DNA from: a virus
Virus record (IMG/VR): IMGVR_UViG_3300037346_000220
Location: 47,268 to 111,267 of that record
Reading direction: 5' to 3' (one strand)
Length of the DNA stretch: 64,000 nt
Part shown: positions 36,901 to 45,176 of the stretch, in pieces
Position numbering within the stretch: the stretch's first letter is position 1
Layout of the letters: each line of letters opens with the position of its first letter
The notes under the pieces: generated by a model
Seen by the model: only the letters and a program-made list of their open reading frames with translations
Databases searched by the model: none
What the model was told of the DNA's origin: nothing
Made by a program: the position numbers and the translations under genes

Positions 36901-38343
36901 TCAATGACAAGCTTTGGGACTCGAATGAGGATTATTGGCAAGATAGAAAACAGCGAGACAACTTCTCAGTCCCCAGCAGGAGGCATGCCATACTATACAG
37001 TATCAGGTGGCTCAGCAAATCAGGATGCCTCCATATCTGGTGGATCAGGTGGGCTAGGAGTTCTGATAGAGCCAACATACGGAACTGGATACTACTTTGA
37101 GCTAGCAGCCTTGTCAGATAGAAACATTGAGAACTATGACACTGGAAACATTTATAACATAGCTTTTTACAAAAGCACAAAGTCAGGATCAGGGAATAAG
37201 ATACAGTTCCAGACTCACTACCTTTGGAACGGACTCTCTAGTGTCCTAGTCGATGACGGCAAGTTTACTGGACAAGGAAGAATTTTAGCAGAAGAAAACA
37301 CCACAGTATACGACCTGGCAGTAGAGTATGAAGACTTTGCTTCCTACAGAAGGTTTTACTTATACATCAACGGAACCCAAATTGCAACCGTAGATGATAA
37401 AGATCCCCTTCCTGTATATCAGAACATGTCTATGTTTGTCAGGGGTTCCTCACGGTGCATGTTTGAGCATGTGTTTGCTTTGTCAAATAACTACGGAGAG
37501 AACCCCTCTTCAAAGATTGATGCTCCAATCTCCACTGCCTTTGGAACTCAGTCAATAACCTCAAACGAAGCCTTTAGAAAGTATTCTATCTCTGGTCTAG
37601 TTCAGTCGACATACCTGTCTGGGATAAGTAGCTCAGGAACAAAGTACAACATTTTTTACGATGAGTTCGGGACCATAATGAGAGAGGCAGCCTACTTTGA
37701 CATAAAGTATGATAAAGCTTACCCAGCTCTCTACGCCAGACTATCTCCTACGTTTAACAAGCTAAGAGGCTACGTGGTATCTGGATTCCAAGGAAACCCC
37801 TATGGGGCAGAGTTCTTAATCTTTAACGCTACAGATACACAGTTAGTCCTAGATGAGACAAGTGGAAACTACCTAAGGATCCAGGGTGTTACTTTTACCC
37901 AGTCAGGCCAGACTGCATTATCCGTAGACGAGTTCTACCAAAAGCACAGCGACCTAAGAGACACCTCGTTTGTCAATGATCCAGAAATCAGGTCTCCGCT
38001 ATTAGTAAAAGAAGAATACAAGAACATAAAAGATAGCAGAATGAAGTATGGAAGAAGAGAGTTCACTCTTGACGCAAACTACTTGCAGACAAATGAAGAC
38101 GCAAGGTCAATGATGTCATGGGTCATGTCAAAAGTATCTAAGGAGAGATTGGCTGTAGGAGTAGATATATTCCCTAACCCTATGATACAGCTGGGAGATA
38201 TCGTAAACATATACTACAAAGACTCTGACGGTACGGACAGAATCTTGCCAGAAACTATTCAGTTTGTAGTATACTCAATATCATACACAAAGAATAGTGG
38301 CGACAGTTCCTCTATGATGTTATACCTAAGTGAGGTAGGATAA
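33997..38343 (+). CDS. Large tail tip/hub protein
   Basis: 1448 aa; LNELAVSTQSAMYFDE and NPMIQLGDIV hub-type patterns; synteny. Confidence 0.65.
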   Translation: MYNSPELSSHINTSATIKSQTLILAEWNMNFADNIELVGNYRFRPRDETKFSNIPNSFDPYDTGGYYTNATDADVVIQGGYLDQTLSSQELIPTAFLSIKQKEKLLYSLDDCFARFRPRSGINKLRIGVNNNYTHSANMYMSQRPRYYASDKKDKFKYWTSYRTEGGIEYGIANDQQGSKFYISDAAPFVVYKEPVPANRVVVKMQTNIGSIDLGPFSTEDGAIDDPLYGELYQTTPVDWEIQYLDADNSWVNALSFLSSDRRRDGSPIIGSDGYVEIGYGLDIPEAFVESFSVVGEVSDFLSLVPSDRVGDAYLVRDNASDGGTYHVWTGTYYMSFASSYSWRLTDYENDSYKIITSKIVNADSFVSVSGLPEYREFKYINGLRVVAKTMNNLNSTFDLIELSPRLVADISDYTEALSIQKNASDLGISGLPVGQLLASTGSITIFDPDRAFDKNNKKSLISKYAANNLSISIFDAFFGVDGVDYYVPIKTLYADGFPQIEHANRKVTINLRDKFFYFESLQAPQVFLPDISLSYAISVLLDSIGFSNYVFKRLDSESDPVIPFFYVPPDKTVAEILNELAVSTQSAMYFDEDNNFIVCSRGYMLPGSGERLSDTVIYGSKDDSKNLESIIDVAQQGMEVFNDGNINFSVNYIQKSYGTIRQAYVMDKDKTWIYKPVLLWEVPSEDTTKAINESSSTQSGYVLGAMPLNTSVTDVIPYVSNGEVRNNIIDIGEAVYWLSRYSGYFYANGEIIRFDAVEYSVPQRVTSNNATSASNVWLTSTQDYKEYFSQLPFNGKIYPTGRIRIYAEPNFESNQGLVSLKNGEVAKHGRGQFGTEVTSHSAGIDNYWTGLSSISGTVSDPFSKRALDAAQATGLASFAINVSDTGSSGTTDILEVKSRASKSYRSSTIKNFLSNTYEMESTDSQALYSPDTLQASALVFNGPSLASDQLSKNHVSYVYKSLAGRETSMTSFGTRMRIIGKIENSETTSQSPAGGMPYYTVSGGSANQDASISGGSGGLGVLIEPTYGTGYYFELAALSDRNIENYDTGNIYNIAFYKSTKSGSGNKIQFQTHYLWNGLSSVLVDDGKFTGQGRILAEENTTVYDLAVEYEDFASYRRFYLYINGTQIATVDDKDPLPVYQNMSMFVRGSSRCMFEHVFALSNNYGENPSSKIDAPISTAFGTQSITSNEAFRKYSISGLVQSTYLSGISSSGTKYNIFYDEFGTIMREAAYFDIKYDKAYPALYARLSPTFNKLRGYVVSGFQGNPYGAEFLIFNATDTQLVLDETSGNYLRIQGVTFTQSGQTALSVDEFYQKHSDLRDTSFVNDPEIRSPLLVKEEYKNIKDSRMKYGRREFTLDANYLQTNEDARSMMSWVMSKVSKERLAVGVDIFPNPMIQLGDIVNIYYKDSDGTDRILPETIQFVVYSISYTKNSGDSSSMMLYLSEVG

Positions 38344-38344
38344 G

Positions 38345-38821
38345 ATGGCTTCAGCAACACCAGAACTTCCCCAGATTATTGCAAAGACATATGCTACATC
38401 CAGCGAAGACTTTTTAAAGCCAGCTACGATAGACCTAATGCTTGATAGTTCAGAAGTAACTATAGAGCTAATGACAAACCTAATCTTTGAAGAGATAGGT
38501 GGGCAAGAGCTAATTAGTCTTAGTAGGCATGACATGCTTAACGGGCAAGATGTGTCCTACCAGCCCATAAGAAACATGAACAGGATAGCCTTGCAGTATA
38601 GCCCTCGATCCTTAGTTCCCCTATCGGGCTCTTCTGACGAGTTCTTTAAAAACTTTGCAATTAACATAGATGAAAAGCTTCCTACAGAAGAATACTCGGT
38701 GGGATACTTCGAGGATGTTACTGGAGATATCGTCATAAACTTAAACAATATTTCCCAAGATGAGCAAGTAGAGATCCAGGTTATTTCATCTACAAGGCTA
38801 TTTAATGATACAATATACTAG
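38345..38821 (+). CDS. Tail-associated hypothetical protein
   Basis: Contiguous within the tail operon. Confidence 0.55.
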   Translation: MASATPELPQIIAKTYATSSEDFLKPATIDLMLDSSEVTIELMTNLIFEEIGGQELISLSRHDMLNGQDVSYQPIRNMNRIALQYSPRSLVPLSGSSDEFFKNFAINIDEKLPTEEYSVGYFEDVTGDIVINLNNISQDEQVEIQVISSTRLFNDTIY

Positions 38822-38829
38822 GAACAACT

Positions 38830-39978
38830 ATGATTACTAATACTGGAAAAACTATACTTGCCAAATATCTTATTGGCCAAGCACCTGCCTATGCCTCGTA
38901 TATTGCAGTAGGTTGCGGACCAAACGCACTCTTGAAAACAGACGTAATCCCCTCAGAAGAATTTGCAGTAAAGACAAGCTTAGACTTTGAGATGTTCAGA
39001 GTTCCCATAATCTCTAGGGGTTACGTACAGGATGATGGAGTATCGAAGATAGTTTTGACGGCAGAGCTACCGACCTCTGACAGGTACGAAATCACCGAGC
39101 TTGGAGTTTATTCAGCAGGCTCAAACCCTTCAGCAGGAGCTTACGACTCCAGGATGGTCTATGCCTTTAGCAGCAACGAAAGTTGGGAACAGCACACAGG
39201 AGAAACCATCTCTCAAATACCAAACATTTTGGTATCTCTAGGAGACGAAGTAACAACTTATAACATTGTACAAACTGCTAATGCATTCTTTACTAACGCA
39301 GACAATAAGACAATGTCTAACACTGCCAGGATAGGTAGAAACGAGACCCCCAGGTACTTAAACAGTACTCTTTTTATAGCAGGAAACTCCTCCACTTTGA
39401 CCTATGATGGAACACACCTGACACCAACCAGCGGTAGCCATGTACACATTACAGGTATTTCTGCAGACTACAATAAGAACTCTCCAGAGGATGAGCTAAG
39501 GCTAGTATTTTCTGTAGTCAACAGAGAGGCTAACTCAGCTCTCATTCCCGACTCAGTAAAGATTATAGTTGAGTTCACCTCTGCAGACACTTCACTAGAA
39601 TCGGGAGACTGGGCCAGGATGGAAGTTGTCGTGGATGACATCTCTTCCTCGGATGCCTCAACCCAAAAGCATGACTTTACAAATGACAGATATGTTAACT
39701 ATACTATTCAGCTAAATGACCTGAGTACCAGTGAAGGCTTTTCCTGGCAGAATGTGTCGACAGTTAAGGTCTACGCTTCCGCAGAGGTGGGTGGGGTAGT
39801 CACAAATGATTTCTACATCGCTCTTGACGGCCTCAGGCTTGAGAACGTAACAAGCTTTAATCCTATATATGGACTTTCTGGATACTCCGTGATTCAGACT
39901 TTGGACGCTACGCCAATTACAAAATTTGCCAATACGGCAAACTTGGTAGAGTTTAGGTTTGGCCTGGGGGTAGAATAA
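38830..39978 (+). CDS. Minor tail/baseplate protein
   Basis: MITNTGK...YIAVGCG...EITELGVY N-terminus, typical of baseplate and fibre-anchor proteins. Confidence 0.6.
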   Translation: MITNTGKTILAKYLIGQAPAYASYIAVGCGPNALLKTDVIPSEEFAVKTSLDFEMFRVPIISRGYVQDDGVSKIVLTAELPTSDRYEITELGVYSAGSNPSAGAYDSRMVYAFSSNESWEQHTGETISQIPNILVSLGDEVTTYNIVQTANAFFTNADNKTMSNTARIGRNETPRYLNSTLFIAGNSSTLTYDGTHLTPTSGSHVHITGISADYNKNSPEDELRLVFSVVNREANSALIPDSVKIIVEFTSADTSLESGDWARMEVVVDDISSSDASTQKHDFTNDRYVNYTIQLNDLSTSEGFSWQNVSTVKVYASAEVGGVVTNDFYIALDGLRLENVTSFNPIYGLSGYSVIQTLDATPITKFANTANLVEFRFGLGVE

Positions 39979-40409
39979 TGGCAATCAAAAAAGCCAAGTT
40001 CCCAGCATCCCAGCTCCCAGCTATCAACGCAGAAACCGAGGGGTATCTGTTTAGGTTTCGAATTGTGTCTGAAGATAAGAACAGAACCTCTGCGTGGTCA
40101 CCTGTATACTCCCTAGACCCTGATTACGTTTATGACTTGGGTGTAGCAGCTCTCACCGTGTCAGGTTCAATTCTCACAGTATCTTGGGATGCAGTAAATA
40201 TTGTTATTAACGAAGAGAACGTTAGGCTAGTGAACAACTATGATATATGGGTTAGCTGGAACGGATCTGACTACGAGTTTTACGGATCAACTCCTGTAAC
40301 GTATGCGAATATCTTAAAGCCTGCTTCTGCAACAGCAAACGCTGTGAGAATCTACCACAAGACTAACCCCCCTACAGAAATACCAAAGTTTAAGCTATAC
40401 GACATATAG
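39978..40409 (+). CDS. Minor tail protein (Fn3-like)
   Basis: FRFRIVSEDKNRTSAWS and LTVSWDAV...YDIWV patterns. Confidence 0.5.
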   Translation: MAIKKAKFPASQLPAINAETEGYLFRFRIVSEDKNRTSAWSPVYSLDPDYVYDLGVAALTVSGSILTVSWDAVNIVINEENVRLVNNYDIWVSWNGSDYEFYGSTPVTYANILKPASATANAVRIYHKTNPPTEIPKFKLYDI

Positions 40410-40437
40410 CCATCGCCTTGTGCTATAATTAACTACT

Positions 40438-40881
40438 ATGGCTAGAATACCAACACCCACAAGAGGACAACCTCTCGACGTATCGTACATCTATCAGATC
40501 GTTGAAGCAATCAACGAACTTGCTAACCTGGCGTCTTCATCAACCTATAAGTATGCCTCCATAGATACTACCTCTGGAGCCCAGAACATGCTTATGACGG
40601 AAACCCGTCTTACCGCAGGTGAGATTGCGGTATATCCAACCTTGACGTCTATCACAGCAAAGACTTCCAAAGCGTTTTCTTATTCATTCAAGGGCGAGTA
40701 TAAGTATCCTCCAATCGTAACAGCTACGCCTGTTCTGATCGAGGGCACATCGGCTGGTCAAGACATGTCTGTTATCATAACTAGTATTACAACTTCAAGA
40801 GTGGACGGTAGCGTTACCTTCAACACTGGTGGTACAATCGCAGCTAAGGTTGATATCATTGCCGTGGGCGTACCCCTATAA
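40438..40881 (+). CDS. Minor tail protein (putative)
   Basis: Last structural gene; F...YKYPPIVTAT...IIAVG beta pattern. Confidence 0.5.
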   Translation: MARIPTPTRGQPLDVSYIYQIVEAINELANLASSSTYKYASIDTTSGAQNMLMTETRLTAGEIAVYPTLTSITAKTSKAFSYSFKGEYKYPPIVTATPVLIEGTSAGQDMSVIITSITTSRVDGSVTFNTGGTIAAKVDIIAVGVPL

Positions 40882-40885
40882 AACT

Positions 40886-41425
40886 ATGAATCGTAAAGGT
40901 AGTATTGAGGACGAGGAGTATAACTCTAAGCCAGCTATTCTTGGTAGCAAGAGAGTTTGGTTTCTTAACGGGTACCTAGTAAGATCTCACCACATAAACA
41001 AGTCAAACGGAATTATGTCCGTGTATAACATAATCGAAGATAGAATTGAAAGCTGCCTAATAGGAGACTTTAAGAAGAATCGAAAGAAAGCTTTTACTGT
41101 AGGGCAGACCGCAGAGCTAGTTAACCGACACAAAAAGTACATGCCATCTCTAGTTAAGAGAGGCGTCATCCCTCCAGCAACTGGATCACAAAAGGGGGGA
41201 GGCACTGCTTGGCAAGTAAGAAGTTATTACTCAGAAACCCAAGTCCACGAGATTCGTGATATACTTGCATCCTACCACATCGGCCAGCCTCGCAAAGATG
41301 GGTTGATCACAAATAACATGACACCCAATAAACAAGAGTTGACAAGACGAATGGGCGATGGTATACTGACATATACAAGAACAGAAGATGGGAGATTCAT
41401 TCCAGTTTGGTCTGAATCAATTTAG
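40886..41425 (+). CDS. HTH DNA-binding protein (MerR/excisionase-like)
   Basis: FTVGQTAELVNRH...LVKRGVIPP...RSYYSE. Start moved to ATG 40886 to avoid an overlap. Confidence 0.65.
   Translation: MNRKGSIEDEEYNSKPAILGSKRVWFLNGYLVRSHHINKSNGIMSVYNIIEDRIESCLIGDFKKNRKKAFTVGQTAELVNRHKKYMPSLVKRGVIPPATGSQKGGGTAWQVRSYYSETQVHEIRDILASYHIGQPRKDGLITNNMTPNKQELTRRMGDGILTYTRTEDGRFIPVWSESI
41339..41367 (+). promoter_or_regulatory. sigma70/sigmaA-type promoter embedded in a CDS, upstream of the replication genes
   Basis: TTGACA-17 nt-TATACT with an extended TG. Confidence 0.75.
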
Positions 41426-41439
41426 AGAGAGAAGTTGTT

Positions 41440-41649
41440 ATGGAAAACGAAATCACCAAAGTCAAAGTTGGGCTAGGATACACTCTTAACCTCGGTAACT
41501 TTCAATCGTTACGTATTGACCTAGAGATTACAGATAACAAGCGTGAGGGCGAAAACACAACAGAAGCCTTTGATCGTGTATACGCATTCGTAGAGGATCG
41601 TCTGGCAGAAAAAGTCAAGGAAGCCTCCGCTGAGCTAGAAAACAAGTAA
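41440..41649 (+). CDS. Hypothetical protein
   Basis: GYTLNLGNFQSLRID; coupled to the next gene. Confidence 0.65.
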   Translation: MENEITKVKVGLGYTLNLGNFQSLRIDLEITDNKREGENTTEAFDRVYAFVEDRLAEKVKEASAELENK

Positions 41650-41957
41650 TGGCAGACCGCAAGGAAAGGTTTGCCTTGCTGAGTCGATACGCTAAGCTCC
41701 ACGCTTTGAAGTATGAGGCAAGGTCCCAACTAAACCTAAACGTAGAACAATGGGCCTCAGATGCCCTAGTAGAATCTTACGGTTTACAATTCTGTTATGA
41801 TCTGCTAGACTATTACTTCGAAGTAGCCCAAAATCCGACATGGAAATATTTTGCAAATTACGCACAGAACATTAACGATAAGCGTAATCAATACCAGCAA
41901 GATTTATACGACAGACAGCAACGCAGAGTTGCAGCGAAGAAGTGGTTAAGTGAGTAA
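41649..41957 (+). CDS. Hypothetical protein (possible helicase loader)
   Basis: Directly precedes and overlaps the DnaB gene; function inferred from position only. Confidence 0.5.
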   Translation: MADRKERFALLSRYAKLHALKYEARSQLNLNVEQWASDALVESYGLQFCYDLLDYYFEVAQNPTWKYFANYAQNINDKRNQYQQDLYDRQQRRVAAKKWLSE

Positions 41958-43170
41958 CGCAGAGTCCAAAGTCATATCCGCAGTCCTAAAAGACAAGCAG
42001 GTTCACGTTTTGCTACAGGCGAACGTTCAGAACTTGATGGTAACTCACGGAGATATCTGGGATTTTATAAGAACATATTTCGAGCGCAACGGGTCCACTC
42101 CACCTGTTGATCTAGTCGTTGATAAGTTTAGAGACTTTATTCCAGAGGACGGCATCGGAGCAACAAAGTATCACCTAGAAGAGCTACAGTCTGAGTTTAT
42201 GAACTCAAGCCTTAAAGAGCTTATCCGTAATGCAGCAGCAGACATTCAGGCAGACAAGTCTCCAGAAGCCTTAGAGCTTTTAATTTCAAAGACTGCAGAG
42301 TTAAAGAAAAACGCATCCACCGTCCGAGACATTGATGCTACTGACCTCGGAGATGCTGTTGCCTATTACGAAAACGCAAAGAAGATGGCAGCCTTGGGTA
42401 TCCAGGGAATCAGAACTGGCTTGCCAGGATTTGACGATTACCTCCCAGCAGGGATTACCCCTGGGCAATTAGGAGTGTTCCTTGCGTATCCAGGTATCGG
42501 CAAGTCTTGGTTGTCCCTATACTTTGCGGTACAGGCATGGAAGCTCGGTAAGACCCCCATGGTAGTAAGCCTAGAGATGAGCGAGACAGAAGTTCGTAAT
42601 CGTGTATTTACAATTATGGGTGAAGGGCTCTGGTCTCATCGTAAGCTATCTGCTGGTGAAATTGAGATTGAAGATCTTAAGAATTGGCACAAGAGCAAGC
42701 TTGAGGGCAAGCCTGAGTTTCATATCATATCTAATGACTCTGGTGGAGAAGTAACCCCATCAGTTCTTCGTGGAAAGATTGACCAGTACAAGCCAGATTT
42801 TATTATTGTTGACTACCTTCAGCTAATGTCTCCTAACCAGAAATCTGAGAATGAGACTGTAAGAATGAAGAATCTTTCTCGTGAGCTGAAGCTAATGGCT
42901 ATTTCAGAGGAGATCCCAATCCTGGCTATATCCTCAGCGACCCCTGACGACGTCACCAAGCTAGACACAGTCCCAACCCTAGGTCAAACTGCCTGGAGCC
43001 GTCAAATCGCCTACGATGCCGACTGGGTGCTTGCTCTGGGTAGGGGACCTAACTCCGATGTCATAGAATGTGTGTTCAGAAAGAACCGTAATGGGTTCAT
43101 GGGCGAGTTTTTAGTTCAAGCTGATTTTGATAAAGGTTGGTATAAGTACAAAGACTATCAAGAAAGCTAG
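41950..43170 (+). CDS. dnaB: Replicative DNA helicase (DnaB-like)
   Basis: Walker A AYPGIGKS, SLEMS, IIVDYLQLM, YDAD and KNRNG. Confidence 0.93.
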   Translation: MSNAESKVISAVLKDKQVHVLLQANVQNLMVTHGDIWDFIRTYFERNGSTPPVDLVVDKFRDFIPEDGIGATKYHLEELQSEFMNSSLKELIRNAAADIQADKSPEALELLISKTAELKKNASTVRDIDATDLGDAVAYYENAKKMAALGIQGIRTGLPGFDDYLPAGITPGQLGVFLAYPGIGKSWLSLYFAVQAWKLGKTPMVVSLEMSETEVRNRVFTIMGEGLWSHRKLSAGEIEIEDLKNWHKSKLEGKPEFHIISNDSGGEVTPSVLRGKIDQYKPDFIIVDYLQLMSPNQKSENETVRMKNLSRELKLMAISEEIPILAISSATPDDVTKLDTVPTLGQTAWSRQIAYDADWVLALGRGPNSDVIECVFRKNRNGFMGEFLVQADFDKGWYKYKDYQES

Positions 43171-43182
43171 TATAATAGATGC

Positions 43183-43509
43183 ATGGATTACTTGCATCAC
43201 AAGCCGATAAAGAAGTTCTCGTTAGAGGGAACAATTCACGACGATGCCTCTTTCATAAGATTAAAAATAGAATACGTAAACTTACTAAAAAGCGAGATGA
43301 GACTTTCTGGCTATGTACAAAGAATAGATATTGACCCAGACTTCACAATAGGGTATAATGAAAAAACAGAGTACTACAACTTCGAACTAACACTATATGG
43401 AATATACACAGGAAAGAAAAAGAGTGAATGGATAGAGTCAGTAAACGCAACACAGGTCATCTATACTCCGAAGAGCAAATCAAACGAGTTCTCACAGGAG
43501 CAGGCCTAA
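43183..43509 (+). CDS. Hypothetical protein
   Basis: ATG lies 6 nt after TATAAT; located between helicase and primase. Confidence 0.6.
   Translation: MDYLHHKPIKKFSLEGTIHDDASFIRLKIEYVNLLKSEMRLSGYVQRIDIDPDFTIGYNEKTEYYNFELTLYGIYTGKKKSEWIESVNATQVIYTPKSKSNEFSQEQA
43331..43359 (+). promoter_or_regulatory. Promoter embedded in a CDS, upstream of primase
   Basis: TTGACC-17 nt-TATAAT. Confidence 0.6.
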
Positions 43510-44372
43510 CTATAGAGGGTGAAGTCGACGTAGACTTTCTCCTTTTTTGCCCATTCCATCCAAACCATCGCACCCCAGCTGGAGAAGTCGATAAATCAAA
43601 GGGAACCTTCTTTTGTTTTTCATGTCACAAAGTTGCAGACTTGATAGAGCTAGTCATGCACACATCCTCCAGAACATATTTTGAGTCTGCTAGATTTATT
43701 AAGAGTAAAGAGACTGAGATTAATCTCGCTATGGAGATTGACAGGCAGCTATACGTAAAGCCCCTATATGTTCCCTACGACGACCTTCAGATCATAAGGC
43801 TCTCCTCAGAAGCTTTAGAGTCCACACGAGCTAAGGAATACTTTTCTGGTAGAAAAATTACAGAAGAGTCTATGCGAAAGTTTAGACTTGGATTCTCTGA
43901 GAGGCAGGACATGGTGACAGTCCCAGTCGCAGCACCAGACGGAACTAGCATTGGGTTTGTGGGTAGGTCGGTAGAGGGGAAGTCATTTAAGAACACTCCA
44001 GGTCTGCCAAAAAGTAAAGTATTGTTCAACCTTCATAGGATAAAAACATCCAACAGTGTATATGTTGTCGAGTCATCCTTTGATGTCATTAGGCTTGATC
44101 AGTGTGGCCTACCAGCAGTTGCTACTCTAGGATCTAACGTATCCTCAATACAAATAGGACTTCTTCAAAAGTACTTCAATAATATTTTTGTTATTGCAGA
44201 CAACGATGAGGCAGGTGGGAATATGGTAACTAAGCTTCAAGATAAGCTTAAGGGCCGTGTATCCGTAATAAAGATAGACAAAAAATATAAAGACGTTGGA
44301 GACATGCCAGACGAAGAGATTAAAAAGTTAGACATTGCGTTTGACAAATCTATAGAGGGCATGCTACAATAA
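43428..44372 (+). CDS. dnaG: DNA primase (CHC2 zinc finger + TOPRIM)
   Basis: CPFH...CFSC, VVESSFD and ADNDEAG. Confidence 0.9.
   Translation: MDRVSKRNTGHLYSEEQIKRVLTGAGLTIEGEVDVDFLLFCPFHPNHRTPAGEVDKSKGTFFCFSCHKVADLIELVMHTSSRTYFESARFIKSKETEINLAMEIDRQLYVKPLYVPYDDLQIIRLSSEALESTRAKEYFSGRKITEESMRKFRLGFSERQDMVTVPVAAPDGTSIGFVGRSVEGKSFKNTPGLPKSKVLFNLHRIKTSNSVYVVESSFDVIRLDQCGLPAVATLGSNVSSIQIGLLQKYFNNIFVIADNDEAGGNMVTKLQDKLKGRVSVIKIDKKYKDVGDMPDEEIKKLDIAFDKSIEGMLQ
44341..44370 (+). promoter_or_regulatory. Promoter for the SSB gene
   Basis: TTGACA-18 nt-TACAAT with an extended TG. Confidence 0.65.
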
Positions 44373-44402
44373 AAACAACTGAAAAACTAACAGGAGAAAA
44401 CC

Positions 44403-45056
44403 ATGAGCGTAATCAAAGGGCTAAAAGATATCAATGCAATACTTGATAAGCCAAAGTATGAATCAACAGGTCAGAAGATCCGTTGGGTAAAGCTAGCAGA
44501 CGGTCAAGCAGCAAAGATCCGTTTTGTAGAAGAGCTTGACACAGAATCAGCAAGTTATAACGATGACAGGGGACTGTCAGTAGTTATTTCAGAGCACACC
44601 AATCCAAAAGACTACAAGCGAAAAGCTGCTTGTACCCAGGAAACAGAAGGTCGCTGCTTTGCTTGTGAGATGTCTCGTAAAGAGCCTAAAGCTGGTTGGA
44701 GAAACAAGCTCCGCTTTTACTGCAACGTTCTTATGGACGATGGAATGGAAGAGCCTTACGTAGCCGTATGGTCTCAGGGAGTTTCGAAGCAATCAGCCTT
44801 TAACACGATTCGGGAGTACGCCCTAGAAACTGGTAGCGTGTCAAACCTGGAGTGGAAGCTAAAGCGTAACGGAGTCGGAACTGAGACTAACTACACGCTT
44901 CTTCCTACAAAGCCAGACTCAGAGCCGTACACATGGCCCGACCTTGAGCTTCCAGACCTAGAGAAGGTTGTTCGTGAAGTTCCTTATGCAGAACAAGAAG
45001 CCTTCTACCTGGGCTTTGATCAGCCATCAGTCACATCCGCCAACATTGATTGGTAA
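44403..45056 (+). CDS. Single-stranded DNA-binding protein (gp32-like, Zn-binding)
   Basis: H...C...CxxC, KLKRNGVGTETNY and an acidic/aromatic C-terminus; lies between primase and polymerase. Confidence 0.7.
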   Translation: MSVIKGLKDINAILDKPKYESTGQKIRWVKLADGQAAKIRFVEELDTESASYNDDRGLSVVISEHTNPKDYKRKAACTQETEGRCFACEMSRKEPKAGWRNKLRFYCNVLMDDGMEEPYVAVWSQGVSKQSAFNTIREYALETGSVSNLEWKLKRNGVGTETNYTLLPTKPDSEPYTWPDLELPDLEKVVREVPYAEQEAFYLGFDQPSVTSANIDW

Positions 45057-45070
45057 TTAACTAACATTCT

Positions 45071-45101
45071 TGGGGGTAGCAATCACGCTGCCCCCATTTT
45101 T
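45071..45101 (+). terminator. Intrinsic terminator after the SSB gene
   Basis: tgggggtagc-aatcac-gctgccccca followed by ttttt. Confidence 0.85.
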
Positions 45102-45117
45102 GTTTCTCTTCAGCCCC

Positions 45118-45146
45118 TTGACAATAACAAACAACTGTGTCATAAT
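45118..45146 (+). promoter_or_regulatory. Promoter for dnaE
   Basis: TTGACA-17 nt-CATAAT with an extended TG. Confidence 0.7.
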
Positions 45147-45176
45147 CTTAATAATACAAAACATAGAAGGAAATCA

